DNA of 64,000 nt from Spirochaetia bacterium (GTDB lineage: Bacteria > Spirochaetota > Spirochaetia > SZUA-6 > Bin103). A program made the translations under genes and the position numbers. Under the pieces are notes generated by a model, which was given only the letters and a program-made list of their open reading frames with translations, searched no databases and was not told where the DNA came from. Location of the stretch: assembly GCA_965208575.1 (NCBI GenBank), contig CBDBOV010000006.1, positions 1,024,001 to 1,088,000 on the forward strand, in the 5' to 3' direction. Shown here in pieces: positions 19,489 to 28,834 of this stretch (the first letter of the stretch is position 1; the number at the start of each line of letters is the position of its first letter).

Positions 19489-19914
19489 TTGACACGCAAA
19501 TTACCGCTACGCCAGCCGCACCTGGCGGCTCTTGATCTACGCGGATTTTGGATAGAGCAGATCGAATACTGGGAAGCAGACGATGCTCCAGAGGAATTCG
19601 ATCAGCCAACGGTGCGCCTCTCGCGTCCGAACGTGCAGCAAAACGCAAATGACGAAGACTCGTACTTGATGACGCTCAGAATTCGCGTGTCGCAAGCAGA
19701 TGTGCGGTCGATAGATCTCACGATACGTGGTGTATTTCACGTCCAGGCAGACGACAACGGCAATGAGGGAACCCCGAGGATGCTCATATACAACGGAACT
19801 GCGATGTTGTATGGCGCAGCGAGAGGAATCATTGAGTCGGTTACCAGCCTGACGGGATTTGGCCGGCTGCGCGTGCCATCTGCCAACATCGCAGAGCTAC
19901 TCGGCAGAGGGTAG
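19489..19914 (+). CDS. SecB-like chaperone (third gene of a TAC system)
   Basis: 141 aa; beta-rich N-half then IRGVF...NGTAMLYGAARGIIESVT...GRLRVPS, a SecB-fold C-terminal signature. Confidence 0.8.
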   Translation: MTRKLPLRQPHLAALDLRGFWIEQIEYWEADDAPEEFDQPTVRLSRPNVQQNANDEDSYLMTLRIRVSQADVRSIDLTIRGVFHVQADDNGNEGTPRMLIYNGTAMLYGAARGIIESVTSLTGFGRLRVPSANIAELLGRG

Positions 19915-19950
19915 GCCGTAAGCCAGCAAACTAGCGCATCGCCGGCATCC

Positions 19951-20814
19951 CTACACGCGGATGAATTTCTGCAGTTGGGCGGGGGCCTGGACCTGGCCGA
20001 CGTAGAGGTCGCCGCGGGAGTCGCTCCAGATGCCGTGCGGGCAGGCCAGGAATTCGCCCGGCCTGGTGCTCGGGCGCCCGCCGCCCCAGGTGCACAGCCG
20101 TTCGCCGGCCATCGTGTAGACGCTGACCTCGTGGTGCACGCCGGCGACGTAGACCACCTCGCCGGCGGGGTCGAATTGAATGTTGTCCGGCTTCAGGATG
20201 CCGGCCCACTCGCTGAGGTAGCGGCCATCGGAATCGAAGATCTGGATGCGGTCGTTGGAGCGGTCGCACACCCAGACGCGGTCGTGCCGGTCAACGCGCA
20301 CGGCGTGCGACAGGTTGAACTGGCCGGGACCGGTGCCCCACTCGCCCCATGACAGCAGGTGGCGCCCGTCCGCGGTGTACTTGTGCACGCGGGCGTTGGC
20401 GTAGCCGTCGGAGATGAACAGGTCGCCGCCTGACGCGATGCCCACGTCGGTGGGCAGGTTGAACGGATCGCCGTCGCGGGCGCCCCTCTTGCCCGGGGTG
20501 CCGATGGTCATCACCAGTTCGCCGCCCGCGTTGAACTTGTAGATGCAGTGGTTGTTGCGCTCGGTGCAGAACACGTTGTCGTCGCCGTCGATGAAGATGC
20601 CGTGCGCATCCTCCAGCACCCCGGCTCCCCACTCTTCCAGGAACCGTCCGTCGCGGTCGAACACCACCAGCGGATGCTCGCTGCGCGAGTACACGAACAC
20701 CCGGTCCCGCGAATCGCACGCCACCGCGGGGATCCAGCCCCAGGTCCATCCGTCGGGGAGCTGCCCCCAGCCCTCTGCCACTTCGTAGCGATAGTCGCCG
20801 CCGCCAAATGCCAT
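19951..20814 (-). CDS. NHL-repeat protein (peptidylglycine alpha-amidating lyase-like)
   Basis: FNLPTDV, SDGYANARVHKY, GTGPGQFNLSH, CDRSNDRIQIFD, PGEFLACPHGI; RBS GGAAGGAG. Confidence 0.9.
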   Translation of the reverse strand: MAFGGGDYRYEVAEGWGQLPDGWTWGWIPAVACDSRDRVFVYSRSEHPLVVFDRDGRFLEEWGAGVLEDAHGIFIDGDDNVFCTERNNHCIYKFNAGGELVMTIGTPGKRGARDGDPFNLPTDVGIASGGDLFISDGYANARVHKYTADGRHLLSWGEWGTGPGQFNLSHAVRVDRHDRVWVCDRSNDRIQIFDSDGRYLSEWAGILKPDNIQFDPAGEVVYVAGVHHEVSVYTMAGERLCTWGGGRPSTRPGEFLACPHGIWSDSRGDLYVGQVQAPAQLQKFIRV

Positions 20815-21178
20815 GCTGCTCCTTCCTCCCGTCGCCGGCGACGAATGCCGGGCGCCGTACCGCGGTGCCACGGACCAATGCCTCAGGCGTCGACTCGGTT
20901 GCGGCGCCCGCCGTTCCGTCGCGGGCGCCGCCGCCGAACTCCAATTATAGGTGTAATGACCGATGGGCAACAGCCGCCAGCGTTCGCAACGGCTCGCCGC
21001 CGACGCCGGATACCTGGTCTTTCCAAGCGCCCGCCATCGGAGCCGGCGCCAGCTTCGCTGCCGGAGACAGCTCCCGTCCGCCGCCACACTACTTGGCGAC
21101 GGCGCCTTGTTCGACGGCTGCGCCGACGGCGTAGTGGGCGACCATGCGGCTTGAGCGCCACCCGCCGATGCGCAAGCC

Positions 21179-21314
21179 ATGGCCGCACCTGCCGGTCGCG
21201 GCGGGGGGCTTGACGGGTATCGTTGAGTCATCATATAAGACTCTCCCGGTGGCCATATGGCCGCACCTGCCCGTCGCGGCGGGGCTTGACGGGAATCGTT
21301 GAGTTATCACATAC
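21179..21314 (+). repeat. Two-copy imperfect direct repeat (78-bp period), each copy containing a promoter-like TTGACG box
   Basis: atggccgcacctgcc..tcgcggcgggg..cttgacggg.atcgttgagt.atca.ata at 21179 and 21257. Confidence 0.85.
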
Positions 21315-21352
21315 GGCCGTGAGCCCGATACGCTCACTAAAGGAGATGGTAG

Positions 21353-23272
21353 ATGAAAACTTTTTCAGGAAAATTAGTCGGTGCGCTTCTCGTTTTGCTG
21401 CTAGCGGCGCCCCTCGGTTTTGCGGAATATAAGGAAGCGCCGATGCTCGCGCGCCTGGTCGCGGCGGGTGAGCTTCCACCGGTTGCCGAGCGGCTTCCGG
21501 ACAATCCCTTCGTTGTTGGTCCCGGCGTGCTGAATGGCACGCAGTGGGTGGATTGGACTCCCGGCAACTACTCCGATGGGAGGAAAGTCAGGACTCTCGA
21601 AGATTCGCTTCACCAGAAGATTCCGGGTGCCGGACACATCAACATCCTGTGGTCGCCTGACAACACAACGACGGACCCGGTCGGGACCATAGTTGAAAGC
21701 TTCAACTTTTCCGATGATTACACCGTGTTCGATTTCACCATCCGCAAGGGGCTGAAGTGGTCCAACGGCGACCTGCTCACCACTGACGATGTTAGATTCG
21801 CCTTCGAGGACCTGTACGAGTATCCAGACGCCGAGATTCGATACCCGGTGCAATTGCACGCCCTGGGCAACCCACGGTTCCCGGTGGCCGAGTTGACGGT
21901 CCAGGATCGGCACTCATTCACGCTTACCTTTGACAGGCCATACGGTTTTTTCGTCACGGAACTGATCTCCTGGATCAGCACGGTAGGAGAAGGGATCTTT
22001 CAGCCCTCGGAGTTCCTGAAGCAGTACCATCCGAGGTACACGGCGGTCGCCACGCTGAACGACATGGCGGAGGAGGCCGGCCTGGCCGACTGGAAGCAGC
22101 TTCTACAAGCGAAGACCGGTAACCACTGGCAGATCCTTCTCGGCAGCCCGCACATGATCGGGGTACCCTCTATCCAGCCTTACATATTTACCGAGGCAAC
22201 CGATACGACGTTGCTGATCGAGAGAAATCCCTACTCTTACATGGTTGACACGGAGGGGCAGCAGCTCCCGTACATAGACTTCGTTGAAACCACCATGGTC
22301 GAGGACGAAGGCGCGAGAAACCTGAAGATCCTTGCAGGCGAGACGGACTTTCAGACCAGTGACTGGGCCAAGCTGCCGTCGATGCCGACCTACGTCAGTG
22401 GTGCCGAGCAGGGCAACTACCGCGTGCAGCTCGCCGGCGGGTTCGTCGGCCCTCCCACGCTGTTCATAAACCACGACTACGATTACCAGAATCCGAACAG
22501 CCAGTGGCAGAAGCTGATGCAGGACCCCCAGGGTCGCTTCGGCAGGGCGGTGGCACTCGCCATCGACAACCACGACGTCAATGACACGTTGTTCTTCGGC
22601 CAGTACAAGATGGACGACATTATCACCGGGTCCGACTTCGATCCGGCGCAGGCAAACCGACTCCTGGATGAGCTCGGGCTGGACAACAAAGACGCCAGCG
22701 GATTCCGCACGTACCCCGACGGCTCGCCCCTTGAAATCACGATCAATGCCATCGCGATTGACCCGGCCGGCATCGACGTGGCCCAGCTGTTCTCCCAGTA
22801 CCTGCAGGCCGTGGGACTCAACATCGACGCGCAGGGGGTCGAGGGCGGAATCTTCAATCAGAAAGCGGCCAACAACGAGTACCAGATGACGATCTTTTGG
22901 AATGACGTCCCGGCGTGGCCTTCCGGAATCTCCGTGGACTTCTGGCCGAGTTTCAAGGGCGCGTGGGCGCCCGAGAGCGCGAAATATATCGATTCCGCTG
23001 GCGAGGCGGGACGAAAGCCCCCTGCGTACATCCAGGAGTTCTTCGATATTATCGTCGATCGCAAGGCGGTTCCTCCCGGGACGCCTGAGGGCGCGGCGCA
23101 GTATGCGAGGCTGCGAGAGTGGTTCGCCGACAACAACGTGATGATCTGGCCCACTGGCAATATCGTGCAGCCCATCATCGCCTCGAGCGACCTTCGCAAC
23201 GTCGTGAAGGACGATTATGGGATTCTCTTCGGTTGGATCCATGCAATCCCGCAATGGTATTTCGCGGAGTAG
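21353..23272 (+). CDS. Family-5 ABC extracellular solute-binding protein
   Basis: Signal peptide, EAPMLA..V.AGELPPVAERLP, GLKWSNG, ERNPY, QLPYID; RBS AAGGAG. Confidence 0.93.
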   Translation: MKTFSGKLVGALLVLLLAAPLGFAEYKEAPMLARLVAAGELPPVAERLPDNPFVVGPGVLNGTQWVDWTPGNYSDGRKVRTLEDSLHQKIPGAGHINILWSPDNTTTDPVGTIVESFNFSDDYTVFDFTIRKGLKWSNGDLLTTDDVRFAFEDLYEYPDAEIRYPVQLHALGNPRFPVAELTVQDRHSFTLTFDRPYGFFVTELISWISTVGEGIFQPSEFLKQYHPRYTAVATLNDMAEEAGLADWKQLLQAKTGNHWQILLGSPHMIGVPSIQPYIFTEATDTTLLIERNPYSYMVDTEGQQLPYIDFVETTMVEDEGARNLKILAGETDFQTSDWAKLPSMPTYVSGAEQGNYRVQLAGGFVGPPTLFINHDYDYQNPNSQWQKLMQDPQGRFGRAVALAIDNHDVNDTLFFGQYKMDDIITGSDFDPAQANRLLDELGLDNKDASGFRTYPDGSPLEITINAIAIDPAGIDVAQLFSQYLQAVGLNIDAQGVEGGIFNQKAANNEYQMTIFWNDVPAWPSGISVDFWPSFKGAWAPESAKYIDSAGEAGRKPPAYIQEFFDIIVDRKAVPPGTPEGAAQYARLREWFADNNVMIWPTGNIVQPIIASSDLRNVVKDDYGILFGWIHAIPQWYFAE

Positions 23273-23361
23273 TCTCTTCGGGATAGCGCGCGTCTGATGG
23301 CTTGCTCCTTCAGACGTGCCATTTAGTACGTCCGCAAACCTCTTTTCCGCGGAACTCCTTT

Positions 23362-23395
23362 TCCCAGGCCCGCCCTGCACAGGGCGGGCCTGGGA
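23362..23395. terminator. Perfect 16-bp inverted repeat (hairpin) between SBP and permease genes
   Basis: TCCCAGGCCCGCCCTG-CA-CAGGGCGGGCCTGGGA. Confidence 0.7.
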
Positions 23396-23420
23396 TCATT
23401 AGAGACAAGAGCCACCCCTG

Positions 23421-24416
23421 ATGCTGAGACTAATAAGCAAGCGCATCCTCCTTATTTTTCCCATGCTGTTCATTGTCTCCCTGCTGTCCTTTGTCATCAT
23501 CCAACTCCCGCCCGGGGACTATGTGGAAACCTACATTGAGAATCTCAGGCAAATGGGCGGCATCCCCTTCGAAGACGCATTCCACCTTGCCGGCCAACTG
23601 AGGGAGCGCTACGCGTTGGATCAGCCCCTTTTGGTGCAGTACTACATTTGGATGAGACACATCGTGACCAAGGGGGATTTCGGCAATTCCTTCACCTACG
23701 ACCGACCGGTTACCGACATGCTCCGGGAACGGGTGCCGCGGACCATGGCCATTACCCTTGCGGGTGTCCTGCTTTCCTGGCTCATCGCGGTGCCAATCGG
23801 CATTTACTCCGCCGTTCACCAATACTCCTTCGCCGACTACGTTTTCACGTTCCTCGGCTTTGTGGGACTATCGTTTCCCGCGTTCCTCTTCGCCATCGTG
23901 CTGGTGTTCCTCGTCTTCCAATACACGGGGTGGGCCATTACGGGCATCTTCTCTTCCGCGTTCGAAGATGCACCTTGGTCGCTTGCCAAGTTCTGGGACA
24001 TGGTGAAGAACATGACTATTCCCATGATCGTGCTGTCCACGTCAGGGGCCGCGGCGCTCATCCGCATCCTGCGCGCCACCCTGTTGGATGAGTTGAAGAA
24101 GCAGTACGTCATCACCGCGCGGTCGAAGGGACTACTGGAGATGCGGCTCCTGTTCAAGTACCCCGTTCGCGTGGCGATCAACCCCCTCATCAGCACGATC
24201 GGGTGGCTCCTGCCTGCGGCGGTTGGCGGCGAGATCGTGGTTTCCCTGGTGCTGAACCTGCCCACGACCGGCCCCATCCTTCTAGCCTCGGTCCTGGACC
24301 AGGACATGTACCTGGCAGGCGGTATCCTGTTCATCCTGAGCTCCCTGACCCTGGTGGGAACGCTCATCTCCGACATCCTGCTGGTGGCGGTGGATCCGAG
24401 AATCAGGTTTGAGTAA
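23421..24416 (+). CDS. ABC permease (OppB/DppB-like)
   Basis: QLPPGD, GDFGNSF, YVITARSKG, SDILL..VDPRIR. Confidence 0.93.
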   Translation: MLRLISKRILLIFPMLFIVSLLSFVIIQLPPGDYVETYIENLRQMGGIPFEDAFHLAGQLRERYALDQPLLVQYYIWMRHIVTKGDFGNSFTYDRPVTDMLRERVPRTMAITLAGVLLSWLIAVPIGIYSAVHQYSFADYVFTFLGFVGLSFPAFLFAIVLVFLVFQYTGWAITGIFSSAFEDAPWSLAKFWDMVKNMTIPMIVLSTSGAAALIRILRATLLDELKKQYVITARSKGLLEMRLLFKYPVRVAINPLISTIGWLLPAAVGGEIVVSLVLNLPTTGPILLASVLDQDMYLAGGILFILSSLTLVGTLISDILLVAVDPRIRFE

Positions 24417-25566
24417 GACCACTAGCAGAGTACTCTCACTACCAGGCCTTTCATCGCATCCCCGCGCGCCGGTCAAGGAGCCGAAAAAGGACCTCGCCCT
24501 TGCTTCGCAGGGACAACTGGTCTGGCACAATTTTCGAAAGCACAAGGTCGCCATGGGGAGCCTGGTGGTGCTCACCCTGCTGTACATCGGGGCCATCTTT
24601 GCCGACTTCATCGCACCATACGAGAAGAACTACCGCATTCCCGATGTGCAGTTCAGCTCTCCTACGAGGGTGCGGGTATACGAGCCGGGCAAGGGTTTCT
24701 CCCGGCCGTTCGTGTTCGCGGTGACGCGGCAGTTGGATATGAAGACCTTCACCTACGAGACAGTTATCGACCGCAGCCAGAAGTGGTACCTGCGCTTCTT
24801 CGTGAAGACCGATCCCTACGAGCTCCTGCGCTTCATCCCGGTTTCCCACCGCCTTTTTGGCGTGGATACCGGCTACATCGCGCTGTTCGGCACCGACAAT
24901 CTGGGCATAGACATCCTCTCCCAGACGCTATACGCCAGCCGCATTTCCCTCTCGGTAGGGCTTGTCGGTGTGGCGATCAGCTTCGTCCTCGGCGTGATCC
25001 TGGGCGGGATCTCCGGCTATTTCGGCGGCACCGTAGACGAAATCATCCAACGCTTCATCGAGTTCATCATAACCCTGCCCCAGCTGCCGCTGTGGATCGC
25101 GCTCTCAGCGGCCGTCCCGAACCGATGGACCGGCATCCAGACCTTCTTCGCCATCACGGTCATCCTCTCGTTGGTCGGCTGGACGAGTCTTGCGCGCGTG
25201 GTGCGCGGGCGGCTGATCTCGATGCGGGAGGAAGACTACGTCATGGCGGCGCGGGTTGCCGGGCGCCGGGACGGGGCCATTATCCGTCTTCACCTGCTGC
25301 CGGGCTTCATGAGCTACCTGGTGGTGAACATCACACTGGCCATTCCTGCCATGATCCTCGGGGAGACCACGCTGAGCTTCCTGGGCGTAGGGATCCTCCC
25401 GCCCGAGGTGAGCTGGGGCGCGATGCTGAGGGAGGCCAACGACGTCACGCTGATCTTCAACTATACCTGGTACCTGACCCCCTGCATCTTCGTGATTGTT
25501 GCCGTGCTGGCCTTCAATTTCGTCGGTGACGGCTTGCGCGATGCGGCCGATCCATACGCGTGTTAG
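24409..25566 (+). CDS. ABC permease (OppC/DppC-like)
   Basis: GTDNLGID, ARVVRG, EAA-like loop, GDGLRDAADP. Confidence 0.93.
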   Translation: MSKTTSRVLSLPGLSSHPRAPVKEPKKDLALASQGQLVWHNFRKHKVAMGSLVVLTLLYIGAIFADFIAPYEKNYRIPDVQFSSPTRVRVYEPGKGFSRPFVFAVTRQLDMKTFTYETVIDRSQKWYLRFFVKTDPYELLRFIPVSHRLFGVDTGYIALFGTDNLGIDILSQTLYASRISLSVGLVGVAISFVLGVILGGISGYFGGTVDEIIQRFIEFIITLPQLPLWIALSAAVPNRWTGIQTFFAITVILSLVGWTSLARVVRGRLISMREEDYVMAARVAGRRDGAIIRLHLLPGFMSYLVVNITLAIPAMILGETTLSFLGVGILPPEVSWGAMLREANDVTLIFNYTWYLTPCIFVIVAVLAFNFVGDGLRDAADPYAC

Positions 25567-25695
25567 GAACGGCCGGATGATGCGCCATCCGGCATGCGAA
25601 GGAGTGACGGTCGGTCGGCACCGGGTGCGGCGGCTGATGCGGCTGCTGGGGGCCGGTGTGTATTCTGTGTGCAGCCTGTCCGCTACTATTGAGAT

Positions 25696-26493
25696 ATGAG
25701 TGACCGGTTCGGATTCGATGCGCCGAAGTCGCAGCCGATCGAGGACTCGATCGTATGGGCGGCGGGCAACGGGTTCCGCTACATCGACTTTCAGGCCGAC
25801 GTGCCGCCCAACGCCATTGCCTCCTTCGACCGCGGCCGGGTGCGCACGGTGCGGGAGCTGTGCGAACGGCACGGCGTGGCGCTCGGCATCCACCCCTCCT
25901 CCGCCATCAACAACGCGGAGTATGTCCCGATCATGGCGGAAGCGGCCAGCGAGTACCTGGCGGCCAATCTCGATCTGGCCCAGCGGCTCGGCTGCGGCTG
26001 GATCATAGGCCACGGCGGCTACCACTTCGGTGACCTGGAGCTGCGCCGCGCGGCGGCGCTTGAGCGGCTGCGGCGGCTGGCGGACCAGGCCGAGCAGAAG
26101 CGGCTGACGGTGTTCTTCGAGAACCACAACCGGGAGCCGGAACACGCCGAGATGCACTACCTGCCGCACAACGTCGAGGAGACACGCTGGTTCTTCGACG
26201 CCATCGGCTCGCCGCACTTCAAGTGGGCGTTCAACGTGGCTCACGGCAACCTGGTGGCGGAAGGGTGGCGCGGCTTTCTGGATGCGTTCGGGGCCGGCAA
26301 CATCGGCCAGGTGCGGCTCAACGACAACCGCGGCGACTACGAGATCCACCTGGTGCCCGGTGAGGGCAACATCGACTTCGCGGCGCTGTTCGCCGGGCTG
26401 CGGGCAGCGGGTTACACGGGCTGGTTCAGCCTGGGGTTTGGCGATGAGGCGGACAAGGTACGCGTCAGGGAGTGGTTCGCCGGCCTCCTCTGA
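25696..26493 (+). CDS. Sugar phosphate isomerase/epimerase (AP-endonuclease-2 TIM barrel)
   Basis: FFENH, DNRGDYEIHLVPGEGNIDF. Confidence 0.82.
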   Translation: MSDRFGFDAPKSQPIEDSIVWAAGNGFRYIDFQADVPPNAIASFDRGRVRTVRELCERHGVALGIHPSSAINNAEYVPIMAEAASEYLAANLDLAQRLGCGWIIGHGGYHFGDLELRRAAALERLRRLADQAEQKRLTVFFENHNREPEHAEMHYLPHNVEETRWFFDAIGSPHFKWAFNVAHGNLVAEGWRGFLDAFGAGNIGQVRLNDNRGDYEIHLVPGEGNIDFAALFAGLRAAGYTGWFSLGFGDEADKVRVREWFAGLL

Positions 26494-28033
26494 GGGGGCG
26501 GCGGGACCGGTCCTGGTAACCGGCGCCAGCGGCTACGTCGGCGGCCGCCTGGTGCCGCTGCTGGAGGAGCGCGGCGAGCGGGTGCGCTGCCTGGCACGCC
26601 GGCCCGAGCTGCTGGCGGGCCGTTTCGATGCGGCCACCGAGCTGGTTGCCGGCGACGTGCTCAATCCCGCCTCCCTGCGCGGCGCCCTGGCGGGGGTAGC
26701 CACCGCCTACTACCTGGTGCACGCGCTCGGCTCACGCGGCCACTTCGAGGAGGAGGAGGAACGGGCGGCGCACACGTTCGCCACCGCCGCCCGTGCCGCC
26801 GGCGTGCGGCGCATCGTTTACCTCGGCGGCCTGGTCACCGCCGGCAGCGCGCTGCCCGGCACCGCGCTGCCCGGCTCCGCCCACATGCGCAGCCGGCTGA
26901 AGGTGGGCGAGATCCTGCGCGCCTGCGGCATCCCCACGGTCGAGTTCCGGGCCTCGATCATTATCGGCGCCGGCAGCCTCTCGTTCGAGATGATCCGGGC
27001 GCTGGTGCAGCGGCTGCCGGTCATGGTGACGCCGCGCTGGGTCACGGTGCAGGCGCAGCCGATCGCCATCGGCGACGTGCTCGCCTACCTGGCGGCCGCC
27101 CTCGACCTGCCGCCGGCCGGCGCGCGGGTGTTCGAGATCGGCGGCGGCGCGGTGACCACCTACCGCGGGCTGATGCAGGAGTATGCGCGGCAGCGCGGCA
27201 CGCGGCGGCTGTTCCTGCCGGTGCCGCTGCTCACGCCGCACCTTTCCAGCCTGTGGCTCGGCCTGGTCACCCCCCTGTTCGCACGCGTCGGCCGCAAGCT
27301 GATCGAGAGCATCACCGTGCCGAGCGTGGTGCGTGACGCCGGCGCCGCGCGCGCGTTCGCGATCCGCCCGTGCGACTACCGCAGCGCGATCCGCCGGGCG
27401 CTGGCCGAGGAGGATGCCCGCTTCGTTGCCACCCGCTGGGCGGACGCCCGCTCCGCCCTCGCCGGCGTGCCGCGGCGCTGGGGCGGCGTGCGCTTCGGCA
27501 CGCGCCTGGTCGACTCCCGCACGGTCACCGCCGCCGCGGCGCCGGACGCGGCGTTCGCTCCGGTGCAGGGCATCGGCGGCGCCGCCGGTTGGTACTACGG
27601 CAACGCCCTGTGGCGCCTGCGCGGGGTGCTGGACCGTCTGGCAGGCGGCCCCGGCATGAAGCGCGGGCGCCGCGACGCGCGCGAGCTGCGCCCCGGCGAC
27701 GTGGTCGACTGTTGGCGGGTGCTGGCGTGCGAACCGCCGCACCGGCTCACGCTGGAGGCCGAGATGCGCCTGCCGGGACGGGCCTGGCTGCAGTTCGAGG
27801 TCACCCCTTGTGAACGCGGCGCGCGCATCCGCCAGACCGCGCTGTTCGATCCCGTGGGCGTAACCGGTCTGGCATACTGGTACCTGCTGTACCCGGCCCA
27901 CGTGCTGATCTTCCGCGGCATGCTGCGCGGCGTGGCAACCCGCGCCACCGGGAGCGGCGCCGGCCCCCGGCACCGTTCCCACCTCACCCGCTCGGAGGAA
28001 CATCCGGGAGCAGAGGCAGGCAGCAGCAGATGA
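26444..28033 (+). CDS. YbjT-like atypical SDR with C-terminal DUF2867
   Basis: VLVTGASGYVGG, AYYLVH, RASIIIGAGS.SFE, GG..GWYY, EMRLPGRAWL; start uncertain. Confidence 0.88.
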   Translation: MRRTRYASGSGSPASSEGAAGPVLVTGASGYVGGRLVPLLEERGERVRCLARRPELLAGRFDAATELVAGDVLNPASLRGALAGVATAYYLVHALGSRGHFEEEEERAAHTFATAARAAGVRRIVYLGGLVTAGSALPGTALPGSAHMRSRLKVGEILRACGIPTVEFRASIIIGAGSLSFEMIRALVQRLPVMVTPRWVTVQAQPIAIGDVLAYLAAALDLPPAGARVFEIGGGAVTTYRGLMQEYARQRGTRRLFLPVPLLTPHLSSLWLGLVTPLFARVGRKLIESITVPSVVRDAGAARAFAIRPCDYRSAIRRALAEEDARFVATRWADARSALAGVPRRWGGVRFGTRLVDSRTVTAAAAPDAAFAPVQGIGGAAGWYYGNALWRLRGVLDRLAGGPGMKRGRRDARELRPGDVVDCWRVLACEPPHRLTLEAEMRLPGRAWLQFEVTPCERGARIRQTALFDPVGVTGLAYWYLLYPAHVLIFRGMLRGVATRATGSGAGPRHRSHLTRSEEHPGAEAGSSR

Positions 28034-28075
28034 CAGGATGTTGTCACGTAGTCTGATTGATGCCAACATGAGGTA

Positions 28076-28342
28076 ATGATCAGGACCCAGGTGCAGTTTA
28101 CCGAGCAGCAGTTGAGCCTCTTGAAACGACTGGCGACGGCCCGTGGCGTCTCAGTTGCCGAGTTGGTCCGCAATGGCGTGGACCTGTTGCTGGACGCAGC
28201 GAAGCACGCGCCGGAGACAGACAGGGCGCGGCGGGCGCTCGCGGTCGCCGGGCAATTTCGCTCCGGTCGCAACGACGTAGCGCGACATCACGACCGGTAC
28301 CTCGGTGCGGCCTATGGAACGCCGCAAGCGGGCGCGGAATGA
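28076..28342 (+). CDS. vapB: CopG/RHH antitoxin
   Basis: RTQVQF...GVSVAELVR, HDRYL; overlaps the PIN gene. Confidence 0.85.
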   Translation: MIRTQVQFTEQQLSLLKRLATARGVSVAELVRNGVDLLLDAAKHAPETDRARRALAVAGQFRSGRNDVARHHDRYLGAAYGTPQAGAE

Positions 28343-28734
28343 GCGTATTTGTCGACACCTCCGCGCTCTATGCGGTGCTGGATGCCGATGATGATGAGCA
28401 CACAGCGGCGCTCGAGGCGTGGACCGGCTTGATCCATGCGCAGATATCAATGTGCACCTCCAATTACGTATGCGTGGAGAGTGCCGCCCTGCTTCAGTCG
28501 CGGATCGGCATGCGCGCCGTTCGGGCGCTGTTCGAAGATCTCCTGCCAGTTATGTCGGTGGCGTTGATCGACCAAGCGCTGCACGCCCAGGCCGTGGCCA
28601 GCCTGCTCGACGCTGACCGCCGCCGGCTGAGTCTCGTCGACTGCGCGAGCTTCGCAGTGATGCGGCAGCGTGGGATCATGACGGCGTTCGCCTACGATCC
28701 GCACTTCGAAGAGCGAGGGTTCCAACTCGTGTAG
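28339..28734 (+). CDS. vapC: PIN-domain toxin
   Basis: VFVDTS, YV.VES, SLVDCASF, FAYDPHF. Confidence 0.92.
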   Translation: MSVFVDTSALYAVLDADDDEHTAALEAWTGLIHAQISMCTSNYVCVESAALLQSRIGMRAVRALFEDLLPVMSVALIDQALHAQAVASLLDADRRRLSLVDCASFAVMRQRGIMTAFAYDPHFEERGFQLV

Positions 28735-28834
28735 CCCCTCGGCCGCGTCCCCCGCAAATGGTGGCCCGGCGGAGCAGCCGGCGGGCTGGACCGTCGTCGA
28801 TGCACCTGCTTACACTGCGCCGCGGAGGTGAACC

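Noticed and set aside
20830-21170. Possible sRNA or riboswitch in the long NHL-SBP intergenic region
   Set aside because: No recognisable riboswitch consensus or terminator; would need an Rfam/Infernal search
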